The notes beneath the pieces are model-generated. The model saw nothing but the letters and a program-made list of their open reading frames with translations, was not told the DNA's origin and made no database searches. Made by a program: the position numbers and the translations under genes. A stretch of 42,237 nucleotides of DNA from Halocafeteria seosinensis (Eukaryota): the NCBI GenBank assembly GCA_001687465.1, contig LVLI01000270.1, forward strand, positions 1-42,237, given 5' to 3'. This document shows, piece after piece, positions 23,945-37,100 of the stretch. Numbering within the stretch: position 1 is the first letter of the stretch; each line of letters begins with the position of its first letter.

Positions 23945-24788
23945 ATGACGTTTAGAGCAACTCTGCTTCTTAGCATCGGATTTATAGTCATTAACAATCC
24001 CCAATTAGGTGTGTATGGTAAATTCACGTTGTCAGTTTGAGAGAGTTTCCTGAATTGTCACGATCGTGTCAACCGGCATGCAGTTATTGCCGCTGGATCA
24101 GATGTCGAAGGCCTCCGGGGGTTCGCAAACCACCCTTCTGCTACAGCCGGAATCACCGCCGGCTGTTTTTTACTTGCAATACTAGGGGCTTTTCGATTGT
24201 ATCGACAAACTGCTGTTCCGATACAAACGTTTAAGGGACGAAGAGAGAGGGAAGAGCTACAACTCGCGCCAGCAGAAAGGGTGACTACCTCTGACGAGCA
24301 GTAAGTGTCTTGACACAAACAAAGGATTTAGCAGTATTTGGACACGCTCGTTGCTTTTTTATTATTTTGTCAGAAACCGTGAGGGTGAGGGAGAGATTCA
24401 CATAGCCGTCGAAGGCGAGCTAGATGATCCGAATCATCACAGAGATGCAGAGCCCGACTTCCGTGCGTCTGACACGGGGGAATTGAAGAATTCATATCAT
24501 GAAATTCCTGTTCCCTACGATTATACTGAGCATCCAACAACAAGTAAAGCGGAAGTTCGTTCATCTGAGAGCGATGAGCAAAGGTCTAATGTACGCGAAC
24601 CAGTTTCTGGGGCTACCCGCTCGGCAGCAGGTGCTGAGAGTGGTTCCACGGCATCACACCGGCGCAAGAAGAATGGCACTCTTACCCTCAAGCCAAAATC
24701 CAGGGACAAAAAGAAGTACTGTTCTACTCCCCTCAACGAGGATGGTAAACGAGGTGGAACGTTTCCTGAAGAAGACAACCACAAGTAG
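23945..24788 (+). CDS. Small type I membrane protein, tandem paralog 1 (unknown family)
   Basis: Exons 23945-24008, 24084-24300, 24374-24788. Signal peptide MTFRATLLLSIGFIVINNPQLVIA, core GLRGFANHPSATAGITAGCFLLAILGAFRLYRQ, disordered tail. The core exon is absent from the ORF track. Confidence 0.75.
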
Positions 24789-25744
24789 AGATATGGATAT
24801 CGATACGGTAGATCGTACATTCTTCCTAGAGGGAGGGTTCTACATCAATGGTGATTCACCTATCTGGAGCGCTTCCCAAGGTTACAGACTGTTGCACTGG
24901 AATTCCTTCTTTTTCACAGTGAATGACAAAGGTTCCTAAAGTGGACGTTGCAACAACTTCTGCTGATACGGAAGATTGAAGCAGTGGTGCATGTGTCGCT
25001 GCAATCTCATCATGTCCAGATAGCTTATACATCTACAAATGCATGTTTCCATTTTGATAGTTGAGCCGTAGTTTATGTACTTACATGTGTACTACAGCTG
25101 CTTTCGCGCATCTCTGTAGCGCCGCCGCTCTCCAAAAATCTGAGTGTGTTTCCGTATTTAGCGGTCACTGATGCACCTAGACTTGTGATTCATGATTCCT
25201 GCCATCGTTGTGGTCTCGTCGAGGCACGGACGTTGATGGTACCACAGAGGAGTTGTACCAACAATCAGAACATTGAGCTTCAGAATTTCATCTTTGGATT
25301 CTACCTGACCTTCCCGTGGTATCCCCAGAAGCACTAAACACTGGAAAGAGTGCTGACATCTCGCTTTATAGATCGCTGGTTATTAACTTTTCCAGGTCTA
25401 TGAGGTATTGCCATTCAATTTGAGAAGCAGTTACACGTCTTGTGTTGGTTCAACTTCCAGTACAGGGGGTTGAAGTACCACACACACCCCCTCCAGAGCA
25501 GATACAGAAGTTGCGACAGGACAAGTGGTATTGCTTACAGAGTGCTATTGCTATAGGACTGCACACTAGTTTCTCCTTGCAAATTCTCGTGGTGGTCTGC
25601 TTTCAGGAAAGAGTGGTGGGCAGCAGAGCCACGGGTGGAACTGCTGGTAGAACGTATACACACTCTTAGCACTGAGAGGGAGCCTCTTCTGTCAAATATT
25701 ATATCCTCGTTACGTAAACATGTGTTGCTGAAGTCAAAGCTACA

Positions 25745-26603
25745 ATGATCCTCTGGAAAGCGTCTGAACGGGGAGCCAGAAAGCGTGCGGATCGACTACC
25801 GGCTCTCCTCCTCATCATCGTACATGGGCTGACCTGGACCCACTCAGTTTATGCAGCGTCCAATGCAGGCTTACGTGGATTTGCTAACAACCTGGGGGTT
25901 ACATTGGGCATCGTAGCGGGCTCCTTCGGAGTTGCTCTGTTGTTGGCTCTGAAGATTTATAGAGCAACTGCTATCCCGAAGAATCTGCGAGATGCATTGC
26001 ATACGAAGGCCGCTGAAAACGAAGTGAGGTAAGTCGATTCGACGGAGACTGCATTAAACAATGCTTAACATCCCTCCTTACACTCTTTCTCATTTGTTCC
26101 ACAGAATTGAAGGAGAAGGACCATCTGAAGAGCAGGCTCAACAGGGGCCATCTTCGCGAAAGGCTTTGCCACAATCGGCAGTAAAACAGCATACACTAAA
26201 GACTCCACCTAACTCGAGTCCTGGCGCAGAGGTGCAACCATCGTTTCGGTCAACAGGTTTTGGCGGGAAACAACCTCGCAGCAACAAAGGCATGGTGAGC
26301 TCAAATAACGCAGCGTGGGGGAAACAAGTGCAACATGAACAGTCGTTCAAGTCCCAGAGTAGTCGCTTAGCTGTCAAACCGAAGCCAAAGTTACACCGGG
26401 GGGCTTCATCGAAAAGCGGTCTAAATAAGGCAACAGTATCTCCTTCTTCCCGTCAGCTTGACACCAGAGTAAGTCCGCAAGAGCGGAAATTTGATGTCAA
26501 GTCTGGCGATGCGCGAAATATGGGAGATCGCCTAGATGATACTGTGAATCCCATCCATAGTCCCAGAGAGGTTGTTCCTTCGTGGAATGGTGAAGACGAG
26601 TGA
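25745..26603 (+). CDS. Small type I membrane protein, tandem paralog 2 (unknown family)
   Basis: Exons 25745-26028, 26105-26603. Hydrophobic leader LPALLLIIVHGLTWTHSVYA, core GLRGFANNLGVTLGIVAGSFGVALLLALKIYRA, S/P/K-rich tail. Confidence 0.8.
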
Positions 26604-27212
26604 TCATCCTCGAGGCGACTCTTGTGCGCGACCGTGTACATTTGGGTAGTATAGGTGTCTGGAACTAGTAGTAACAGCAAATCGATAGCTCGGTTCCATG
26701 GACCCGGAAGCTTAGTTAACTGTTAATACGTTGGTTTGGAAAGAACAAAATTCTAGCACTACGAAGTAGTTCCTTCGAATGAATCAGTTGCTCAAATGTA
26801 TCAGAACTTCGGAACTCTACGTGAGCATATGGGCCATCTATCCATTCTAACCTCATAGCATTGACAACTGAAATAGTTGGAGTTGAGAAATACAACAAAA
26901 TCGTCCTGTTGAGAGACTTGAGCCTCAGGCACAAGTCTTGAGGTGCGTTACAGCTTGGGACCCCACGCTTCAACAGGACGGTCAAGTTGAAGCATACCCA
27001 TGTACCAGCAATTGCAACTCGCTATTGTAATTGTTGCACTCTTTTAGTTAGTTTTCCACGTAGTTCGCTGAATTTCGTCACGTGATGGGGAAGGTGTCAT
27101 TCGTGAGGCGCCTTACGTAAAGGTGTATATGGTTCTGCAGTTACAGGGAACTGTCCGCGAGGCAGTTTCCTTGGTGGAATACCCTCCACGCAGAGCAGTT
27201 CAGGGACAAAGG

Positions 27213-28079
27213 ATGACGCCTTCATCATTAACCCTGGTGCTTCTCCTCTTTGCGGGGAATTCATGTAAGCTGAACACGTACATTGTTCGGAAAGAATGTC
27301 ACTCGACAACTGCATGCCTGCTCTCAGGTCTGGCGGAAGCGGCGGAGACTGGGTTTGGAGCCTTCATTGAAGACCCCCTCATTCCTCTTGTAATCATCGG
27401 AGGATCATTTTTGGTCGCAATTTTGATAGCGGCAAGGATATACAAAAAGTACAAGAAAGAATTCGACGAAGCTCGAAAGAAAGGACAAGGCCAAACAGCT
27501 GCTTCGCCTGTGCGACAGCAGCAAGTTAAGGCCAGCCCAAAGCGACCGAAAGGCAAGACTGGCGACTCGTGAGTACTTGGCTGTCTTTCGTACATGTATA
27601 TATTCACAGCTGGGATAGCTCACTGGGTCTGCTACTTAATGATGCAGGACGATGACGAGTATAGCGATCGACGACGAAAGCAACCATGCGAACCAAACGC
27701 AGAGGAGTCCGACTGAGGCCTCTGCTGTTGGGTATACTCACTCGTAAGCCTACATTATTTAAATTACCAGCGACCGTCCCTGTTTACGATATGTTTTGTC
27801 GCTTGATGCTATGTACATCTCAGGCCCCGGCATTTGCAAGGGGTAGAACGGAGGGACAGCTCTCCAACAAACAACGGATCGCACGCAATTTCCAATACTC
27901 GAGACTCTAATAGGGCAACGGAGGAAGACAAACGTTCAAGGCAGGTCCGCAGCAACATACGTATAGCACCTCGTCGAGGTACAAATCGAGGGCGAAAGTT
28001 TATGGCTGGTGGAAGTGTTCAACCTGATGATGACATCAGCTCAGGTGAACAGAAAGACTCCCGAGACCGAGGAAGGTAG
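27213..28079 (+). CDS. Small type I membrane protein, tandem paralog 3 (unknown family)
   Basis: Exons 27213-27264, 27328-27568, then 27648 onward and a last exon ending 28079. Signal peptide MTPSSLTLVLLLFAGNSCLA, core GFGAFIEDPLIPLVIIGGSFLVAILIAARIYKK, basic disordered tail. Confidence 0.78.
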
Positions 28080-28944
28080 CCTCCTTCCGGTTATCCACAC
28101 ACTCAAAACCTTCAATAATTGTTTCAACTGAATATTTCGTAGAACCTGCATCCCGGCTTCCTGTTACCTGGAGAGGCAGTTTCGAGCTCTAGTTGTAGTT
28201 AACTACTCTCTCTCGTCAATCTACATGGCGTATAGTGGAGCGTCGACTATAGAAATTCTCTCCCGATCATCGGTGCAATGAAACATTGGCGTTCTACTCA
28301 AATAATTTGTCCCTCATAAAAAATCCTTAAGAATCTAGACAAGGTGTAAATTCCGTAACTCCAAGGAACTTAACTATCTTGACTCGAGTTGGCTGGGTTG
28401 TATAGTTTCTTTCCCTTTATGCATCGTCCATTGTAAGCTTTTAATCCACCACCGCCATGTGGTTCTGCCGTTCTTCAAATGGTAGTTCGTGGATGAACCA
28501 TCACGAGCCAGTTGCGACGTACGCTGTGCACAGTGCGACCGCCGGTCTATGGACCAAGCACTCATTTTCAAGCATATAGCACATATACTATATTGTAATT
28601 TGCTTCAAGATTGTAATTCATCCAAATATTGTTTAGTTACAATTCTATATCACGAAACAATATCCCAAGGAAACAGTATGAATTACCACTAGGACCTTTC
28701 CGTCAACGTCAGTTTCTGCTGCGAAGCGACTGCGGTTGTGACGGCTCCCATTACAGTGCTACTTAGCCTTCGAGGGTTCCCTCCTTCATCAATGGGAACC
28801 AGTGGTAGAGTGCAGAAGTGCTAGGTCCACCAGTAAACGGCTCTTACTTTTTTGTGCGGCGGAGACTTCTTCGCGAACGACGGCTGATGGTTCAACGCAT
28901 GCTGCTGGTGAGCATGGTGTGTTAGAAGGGCAAAAATATCTGAA

Positions 28945-29907
28945 ATGACCTCATCTAGAGCTAAGCACGAACGCCGTGCGAACGTGCTAGGAAACAAACG
29001 TCCCGAGGTGGCTTTAGTGGTGGCAGTGGTTTCTACTCTGCTGCCAGCGTTAGGTATGTTCGGCTGGAAGACAGCGTGGGTTAGGAAGAGGAATCGTTCA
29101 TTTTTTGTCTTTATACAGTATTAGGTGACCAAGGATCGAAAGGGATTGCAGCACTATTTGATCCGCTTTATGTCTTTTTACTAATAGCATTGGGTTCGTT
29201 TGTACTCTCGGCAGCAATCGCGAAGCTTATTTATCACAAAACTCGGACGAAAGAGCTGTCGCAAAAAAGTAAAGGGGAAAGGCATCGCAAGGTTTCAATG
29301 CAGCGTGCTAAACGTCGCTCATCCGTGTCACAAGGGTAGGTGCAAGTTGCAACCAATATTTTATGCCCACATCAGCGTTATGGAGCAGTTAATATCGCTC
29401 GATTGCAGGTCCATAAAACCGAGAGCCGATGATGTGGAAGTATTTTTTGGGGTATCCCCCAACCCCGAATCCCAAGACACAAGACGTAAGTAATGTTAAT
29501 GAAGAAAGAGCGCATGTGCGTGTTATCGACACCATTATTAATACTGGTTGCACCTGCTAGCAGAAGAAACGTCGAAGGAACAGAAACACCAGCCAATGCG
29601 GGGATCGAGGAAGCCTAGCAGAAGACAAAGCACTGGAGGAATCGTACAGGTACAGCCCAGACAGGAGGGCACAAATAGACGCCACTCCAAGACAGCAGAA
29701 GATCCTTCTCCGAAGAAAACAGTTCGGAACGAGGGGGTGGAGCTTCCGCCTACTAATCCATCGCGACGAAAGTCTATTCAATACCCTACGCCCCATATGC
29801 GTAAATCCCCACGCCATCAAAAGAAGGCAGAAACCACCTTAAGTGACCGGAAAACTTCGCGTGGTAGTCGCCGGTCCTCTACCGGAAGCCGTTCCAGCAA
29901 AGGATAG
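28945..29907 (+). CDS. Small type I membrane protein, tandem paralog 4 (unknown family)
   Basis: Exons 28945-29053, 29119-29335, then 29409 onward and a last exon ending 29907. Leader VALVVAVVSTLLPALVLG, core GIAALFDPLYVFLLIALGSFVLSAAIAKLIYHK, R/S-rich tail. The core exon is absent from the ORF track. Confidence 0.75.
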
Positions 29908-30016
29908 CAGGATTGTAGAGGGTTCCGCTTGCATTTCAAGTGGCATAATCCCTGTCAAGGACTCATTCTCTTCTTAATTTAAAGCACGTTGCAACAACTT
30001 TATCCAACGGGAAAGG

Positions 30017-32891
30017 TCAAGTCCAATCCTCTCGAGCTTGTGTCTTCATGCTTTCAATCTTATCCTTTAGCAGTTTTACAGTGCGTCGATGGTATTCCTG
30101 CATAAGATACAAAGACTTATATCAATACGAGCCTTCGGCAACGACCGAGGCATCCCGACGCGTACTTTCATCTGTTGGATTTCACTTTCCAGTAGCGCCC
30201 GGGTCGTCATCAAGTCTATCTGCTCCTTTTCCCTTTGCTTCTGTAAACGTAATGGCAGGAATTGGTCTAGGGATACCCTCAAAATAAGAGTATGGAGGCA
30301 ACTCACTAGTTGTTCAACCCATGGGTTCTCGCTCGAGGAGTAACCTGCCCTCAGCTCTTCCTTGAGCTTATTGTTCTGTATGTAAACCGCTGTACCATCA
30401 TCGTGATATTCCAATGAAAACAGAATAATTCATACCTCCGTCTCCAAGGAAGAAATGCGCTTTCTCATAGACGACACCGTGTCCGTACTCCTGTCTTCAC
30501 GGTATGAGTCTACGTAACCCTCCGTCGGAGGAAGCAAACCACGTAGCCGATTCACTTCGTTCTGGAGCTGGTCGCGTTGTTGCTTAACTTGTTCAAGGTC
30601 TTCGTTTGATCTAGTTTGTTCACCGTTAACCCTCATGCTATTCGACTCGGCTTTCATTCGCCAGTATTCTGCATCGTTGTAATATCTGTCCCGTTCTTGC
30701 CTTACTTGTTCCACGTTAGATTGTTGAATTCCAGAGCCGTCCTGTGGGTTGGAACGATTCCGAAGGTATTCTACCTCCTCTTTTAATTGTTGTTCTCGGG
30801 CCAATTGCTGGTAGTACATGTCGCTAAGTCTCTGTACCAAGCATTGACATGCTCTGGTAATAGAGCGGGTCGTTAATCTGAGAGCGATACTCACTTTAAC
30901 TTCCTCATTATTGTGGTGAGAAGCTGCAGTAGAGTTATCACGTTTTAGGTCCGCTATTACATGATTTAGATATACGATTCGTTGTTGGAGCAAACTAATT
31001 TTCTCTGCAGCACTGGTTACATCACCATCGTTGCCATCAACATCGACACCTGCCGCTTCTGCTCTTTGTCTTAATCTCTGGCATTCCATATTAGACTTCT
31101 GCAGCTCTTTTTGTAAGAGCCGCTTCTCCCTCTGTAGAGGATCCATTCAAAGTATGTCAAAAGCAACGACAATGTACCGAAGATCTCTTACCTGCGCATC
31201 CGTACTAGATTCGTTACCATCCTCAGCTTTCACCGACTGATGTTGGTTCGGACTCGTACCGCTGTAGCGCAACCAATGTACAGTTATCGACACCGTCAGA
31301 AGCTCTAATAATACCAAGTAGGTTTACCTTTCCCCTTGTTTCCGTTCGGCTGACACAATCAATTGACAGTACATGGAAATGAGCGCTTCTACGCGTGTTG
31401 ATCTCATAACAGGGAACGATTTCGAATACCGTAGCGCGTCGCTAACTAGTAAAAGCCGTCTCACTGAATCAAATTGGTCGTCACATGAGAACAACGAACA
31501 AAACAACAAGGAAGAATCCAACCCAATAGCCTCTGCAAAACTCTGAACACTGGAATTATTTCGCGCCCTTTGGAAGAGACCTATGTGAGCAGTCTCGTAC
31601 GTCTGTTGAGAGATTTCTTCAAACTCCTGCCAGCAGTAAGATGTCTCCCCTTTACCAGAGGAGCCCTGACGAGCACTGACAGGAAATGCAACCAATTTCA
31701 GATTCTGAATGGACTTGACTGTCCCAGATCCCGTTATTCCGAAATCAAAGACGAGCATGGACGTGTCAGATTCAATTGCCCTTGCGAAGCACCGCATCAA
31801 GAGCTGCACAGCTACCCTCATCGAGTTAACGCATGCTCGACGCAGTTTGATAGCAGCTTCTGAATGGTTTCTTTCTCTATGTGCACGCAGCTGTATAGGA
31901 TCGCTGTACCACAGGATTGTTTCGTATTCTAAAGAGAGCTCCTCCACTATATAGCCCAGCGCATCCACCCATTCTCCATCACTTAGCATAGCACAAGTCA
32001 CACGAAGCTGAGGCTGTTGTTCTTCGTTCGTTTCATCACCCAATTCACCAAAAGCTTCAGATAGCAATGGCAACAGAAGTCCCTCTTGTGTGCTCACTGG
32101 TGTACTGGTCTCAGGTAAAACCTGACTAAATGATTGAAAATCAGGAAAGCTTAACACAATGACCATATTTTCAAGCTTCTTCAGTTTCGCATGTACCCGC
32201 GCTCCGATTTGCTGCAATACAACTTATCTCAAATGAACAAGCTCTGGATAGTCTACAGAGCATACCCACCTTGCCTAGCATGTACACTTCCGGAGCTCCT
32301 TGCAAATCGAAAACAGAATTTTCGGAAAACTGGAAACTTATAGAATCATTTTGATTATTCCCATTAGTCGATGCACTGCCCTCCAATTCAACCGCGCTCG
32401 GAGACACCGCCTTGATAACTGCCAATCCGCAGTACAGTAGCGTTTTCACTTAGCGAGAGCCAAACAATCCCCTACAGTCCAACCACTTACAAGTTCCTTT
32501 TCCTCGAGCATTTTGCGACCCATGACTTACTCCTACATAAACCTGCAAGTGCGGTATGGGCATCATGAATTGACAGACCCCACCTTATCCACTGTTTACT
32601 CACCTCTGCAGGGACATGTGGGGACGACGACTGCTGCTGCTTCGCCGGTCTCCTGAGTGGGCGAGCATTTTCCTTCGGTGGTTCCGCCTCAGAAGCTTGT
32701 TCGGGCTGTGAAAAGTGGTTCTTTGTCGAGAAACCATGGACAGACGCGGACGATTGCTGCCACCAGTCGTCCTTGCTTGTTTCTTTGCGAGCTTCACGGA
32801 GCACGTCAGCCGTGTTCGGTTTGTTTCGATCACGACCATGATTTCCACTTCGCCATTCCCAGATCTTTGAGGAGGAATGCGAACTCTGCAT
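30017..32891 (-). CDS. Kinesin-motor-like (degenerate) domain plus long C-terminal coiled coil
   Basis: Multi-exon gene ending EYHRRTVKLLKDKIESMKTQAREDWT*. The N-terminal half follows the kinesin motor pattern (FQF..VFD, NMVIVLS, GLLLPLLSEAF, LRVTCAML...DAL, LKLVAF) without GKT/SSRSH/DLAGSE; the C-terminal half is E/Q/R/L heptad-rich. Gene presence is well supported, the kinesin fold less so. Confidence 0.65.
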
Positions 32892-33112
32892 CCTTACCTA
32901 AAGCGAAGAAAAGCAGGTCCCTCACCCTTACATGGAGCTACGCAAGGTCCAATCACCTCCATACTCCCTTACAACGATTGAAGTTGGGAGATTGTGGAAG
33001 TAGTCAGCTGGCATAAGACAAATACGATTCTGTGTTGGTATGTGACATCAAGTACAAATCTAATCTTAGCTACTTCTAAAATTGAATCAACACAGTATCT
33101 TGACAGAGAAAT

Positions 33113-33642
33113 ATGAAGCGGCAGCTTTTTCGTTTGGAGAACTTCAAATTCGGCGTCTACTTGGTGGGTACGTGGCTTGATATATGACGTTCTGGATTTC
33201 AACAAATGAATATCACGTTCACTCGTGATAAACAGTGCCGATTTTGACCGTAGTTGTCTTCAGCTCTCCAACCTTGTACGAGACAATAATCAAGAACGTA
33301 CGTGGCGTGTGGAATCGATCATCTGAGCACTCAGGTAACTCTGGCCTTTACGAGGCGTTCGCAGACACAATACGTTGTATTTCCCCGATCTACACCGGCC
33401 ACAGAGGGGAATGAAGATCTGGATGAAGAGGAAGAGTTTGCAGGCCTGAAGCGACCCATGGATGTTCACATCGATGAAGAAACAGAAGCTAAACTTGATG
33501 AATGGGTGAGTGGGAGAGAGAGTCTCAGTTACGCTCCATTCTATGCCATATAAGCGAAGGCTTCTTTGCGCAGATCCGGATAGGCAATCAGAATCGTGTG
33601 GAACAAATTAAGCGGCTTGCTCAAGAGTCTGACCAACGATAA
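33113..33642 (+). CDS. PET100: PET100-like cytochrome c oxidase assembly factor; 4 exons, ~108 aa
   Basis: Exons 33113-33167, 33236-33297, 33365-33505, 33574-33642 give MKRQLFRLENFKFGVYLVVPILTVVVFSSPTLYETIIKNTQYVVFP...; LExFKFGxYxxxP followed by a TM helix is the PET100 signature. Confidence 0.75.
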
Positions 33643-34105
33643 AGCAAATTCGAAGCAGTACGCAACCGTATAGTCCAATCGGAGCTGAAGACTATGAACC
33701 TCAATAGTGTTGATAAAAGGTGATCGCTACTAGGAACCCTTACGAAGCCATCTTCGTGGCCGGAATACAAATGGAATTCAGATACCGAGAAACTGCAAGT
33801 TGCAACTTTGCAACCCGTTTGTCTTTCGGGTACCAGTCAGCATTATCATGGACTGGACACAATGATTTTGTCCATTCGACTCGGTGGAGCTAGGATTCTC
33901 AATAGATAGTCAAAGCCTTCTCACTCAAAGGCTTCAAAGCAGGAACTGAAATAAACTTCAACCAAACGATCTTTCCGCTCTTTTCCATGAGGCTAGCCAC
34001 TAAGACTGGTCTACGTGCCTCATTGCAATACCCACCATGGACATGACTAGATAGAACTCCTTTTGAGAAGTGTTAGCTGTTGTTTCTGCAGGGTGGAGAA
34101 GCACC

Positions 34106-37100
34106 ATGGCTTCAGAAGACAAGGATTCCAGCGCTAAATACAGAGATGTGCATGCCGTTTCCCTACCGACGTTGGCTCAAAAAAAGCAACGGGCCACACG
34201 CCATGTTTCCAAAGAGGAGCAGGACATATTCCGAGCAATCACTCTAGAAGCCGATTCCGGAGGAAGACCATCGTATATGCCATATGGAAAACTGTATTTT
34301 CCCCGAATCAACAGAGAGTCCAAAAACGATGCTTACACAGAGCTTCAGGGCATGTTCACGGTAGCCCAACTGGACCATGAAAATGAACATGGACCCTCAG
34401 GACCGGCAGTATCAGCAGTAAGAGAATATGAGGTACGTTTTAGCAATACGGACACGCATGAATAGGGCTAACAAGTTCACTCTACGATTTAATTAATAAT
34501 TGGAACACAGAGACGATTTCAACGTACTGGCAAGCCAAAAGGTAAATCGTTGGACTAAAGAAATATCAGTTCCATATATAGGATTAAATTGTGCTGTGCT
34601 AATGTGCATACAGCTACTAAAAAGGACCGCAACTTCGAAGACACGTATAAACAGCATTTAAGCGCTGAGGAAATCGAAAGACTCAACCAGCTGGAACGAT
34701 TCTTCAAGAAGAAAGGTAAATTGTCCAGCGATAGACAAGGGTCGACCCCGAAGAGACTGAAGAGGAAGTGAACGTTGTGTTTTAATACAGGGAACAATGC
34801 ATCGTTGGATGAGCTAAAGGAAAATGGTTCTAAATCCGGCGCGAGGGAATCCGACATAGTTCCGTCCACTCTAAGGGACCGAGTTGCCTCGTCAGCGCTG
34901 CGGAAAGAAAACAAGCGTATCAGGGTGGCGCTGGGGGTAAAAGGACCAAAAGGGAGAAAAATAAGGCAACAGTTTAGCTCAGATAGAAGAACGTAAGCAT
35001 TTTATTACCAAGTATCAAACCCTCCGGGTTGAATAGATGAACCTGAAATCGTGACACGCAGGAACATTCAATCTTCCAAAATGGAAGACCTTGCTGAGTT
35101 AGATCGGTATGAGCATCAATCTGCCATAATAATTCAACGGGCTGTAAGGAAATATATACGAATCGCGTATTGGAAGAGAATTCTGCATCGAAAGCACATG
35201 GCTACAATGATTCAAAAGACCTGGAGAATGTTTCGTGCTAAGAAGTGGTTGCAACACTATCTGGCGAATCGCCATGCTGCTGCAACTAAAGTTCAAGCCC
35301 TTTTCAGAGGCATCTTTGCTCGGGCTACTTTCAAGGAATTTCTCCTTGAGCGAGAGGCATCAGCTCTTGACATCCAACGCGTATTCCGCGGTGCGCTATT
35401 TCGGCGAAGGCTCAGCAAGCGCAAATACGTTATAAATGCAACGAGAATTCAGGCAGTATGGAGAGGTGCAAAAGCACGAGCAGAAGCTGACTGGAAGTAT
35501 TTTAACGATAACGTCACACTCATTCAGAAGCACGTACGCAGGTGGCTTAAAAGAAAGTACTACCTGCACTTGTACAGGGAGCAGAGTCGTGCAGCATCTG
35601 TTATTCAAAGAATATATCGAGGTTTTTCAGCTCGTCTCAAAAGAAATGAGATGTTATGGAATCGGGAACTAAGAGCACGCGAGAATTGGATATTAAGGCT
35701 GGAAGCGTTTGCGCAGTATTACGATAAAGCGTCACGTAATTTTGGAATTGAAAGAGCTGGTAAAAACTACGCGGCTAAAATTAAAGAGGCTGAAGCAGCA
35801 TGGTACATGGTGAGTATATATATATTTCGCTAAAGAATTTAAACTTTAAAACAATGACAGAATGTTGTTGATTTCTGCAGATGAATGATAGGCTTGCTCT
35901 GGCGGAGTATGATCTTGTAAACTTGGAGAATGAGCGTGGAAACTTAAGTCCACGAGGTCTCTCCCAAGGATGGGGTAGACAATTACAGATCGATTCAGCA
36001 CAACACCGCAAAATTGTTACTGACTTGAAAGTTACGGCTTTATTCGAGGTAAGTATGACTGTAGGGTTGCACAGTACACTTTAAACATAAGAAGTAGACC
36101 TGCAGGTGGCTCTGCGCCTTCGATCCTTGCAAGACGACGAAAAGGAGGATTATCAAGAGTTTGAAGCCCTCGCAACTATTCAAAATATGTACGCTTCGCG
36201 CCATTTAGATGAAAAACACAACTTGCAACAGGTACGACGGCATCCAACAATTCAATGTATGACTAAAATGTATACTCCTTCGCCCCCAATCTAATTCAAC
36301 CTCCAGAAGAAAACAGAAATGTCTCAGGCGGCTAAGAAGATTACTCAGGCCAAGGCAGCAGTAGAAGAGAAACGCAAATGGCAGGTCAAATTCTATACGG
36401 CTACTGGCAAGCCAGATCTACGAAGACCCCCTGGCTCCGCTTGGGATATGACACGTTTCCCGAACCGACAGAGCAAGATATACACTATTGCTCATGGGAA
36501 TATTCTCGATCTTTGCAGACCTCCCCAACCACGTAAGTGACGCAAAGAAAAGGTAGTTGTATTGATCAACACCCAGCAGTGGTCCTTTGCAGCACCAGAG
36601 CAAGTTCGGCGTAAGGAGAGAGAAAGTCATCTAAAGTATTTACATTTCATGAACGTAATGGGTCCGGGTGAAACTCTAGCAGCTGGTGAAGCTGAGGAAT
36701 ATGCTCCTGATAGGCTTCCTGCTCCGATGACATCGGAGGAAATAGTTGGAGCTATAAGCGACGGATACTTGGCTCCGGGAGTTAATTCTTCCATTGGGAG
36801 GGAATACGCTCGGTTAAAAAGGCAGGAGGAAGATAGCGAACCCGTGGATAATGACAAGCCACGGCAGCGTGACCCCGAAGACGATGCTCGTGGTGGTTAC
36901 GTAGACGACACAGGGAAATGGATTTCGTCTACCGAAGCACACAATTCGTTGAGGAGAGCCGCGAAAGAGTATACCAGAGAGACACACCGTGCATCATCGC
37001 GAGGTGAAAATGACGCAAATGCTCCTCAAATCAACCGCAAATATTTAAGCCTTTCGCAAATTGTGGAGAGACGACTAATGCTAGCAGATCCAAAGAAGAC

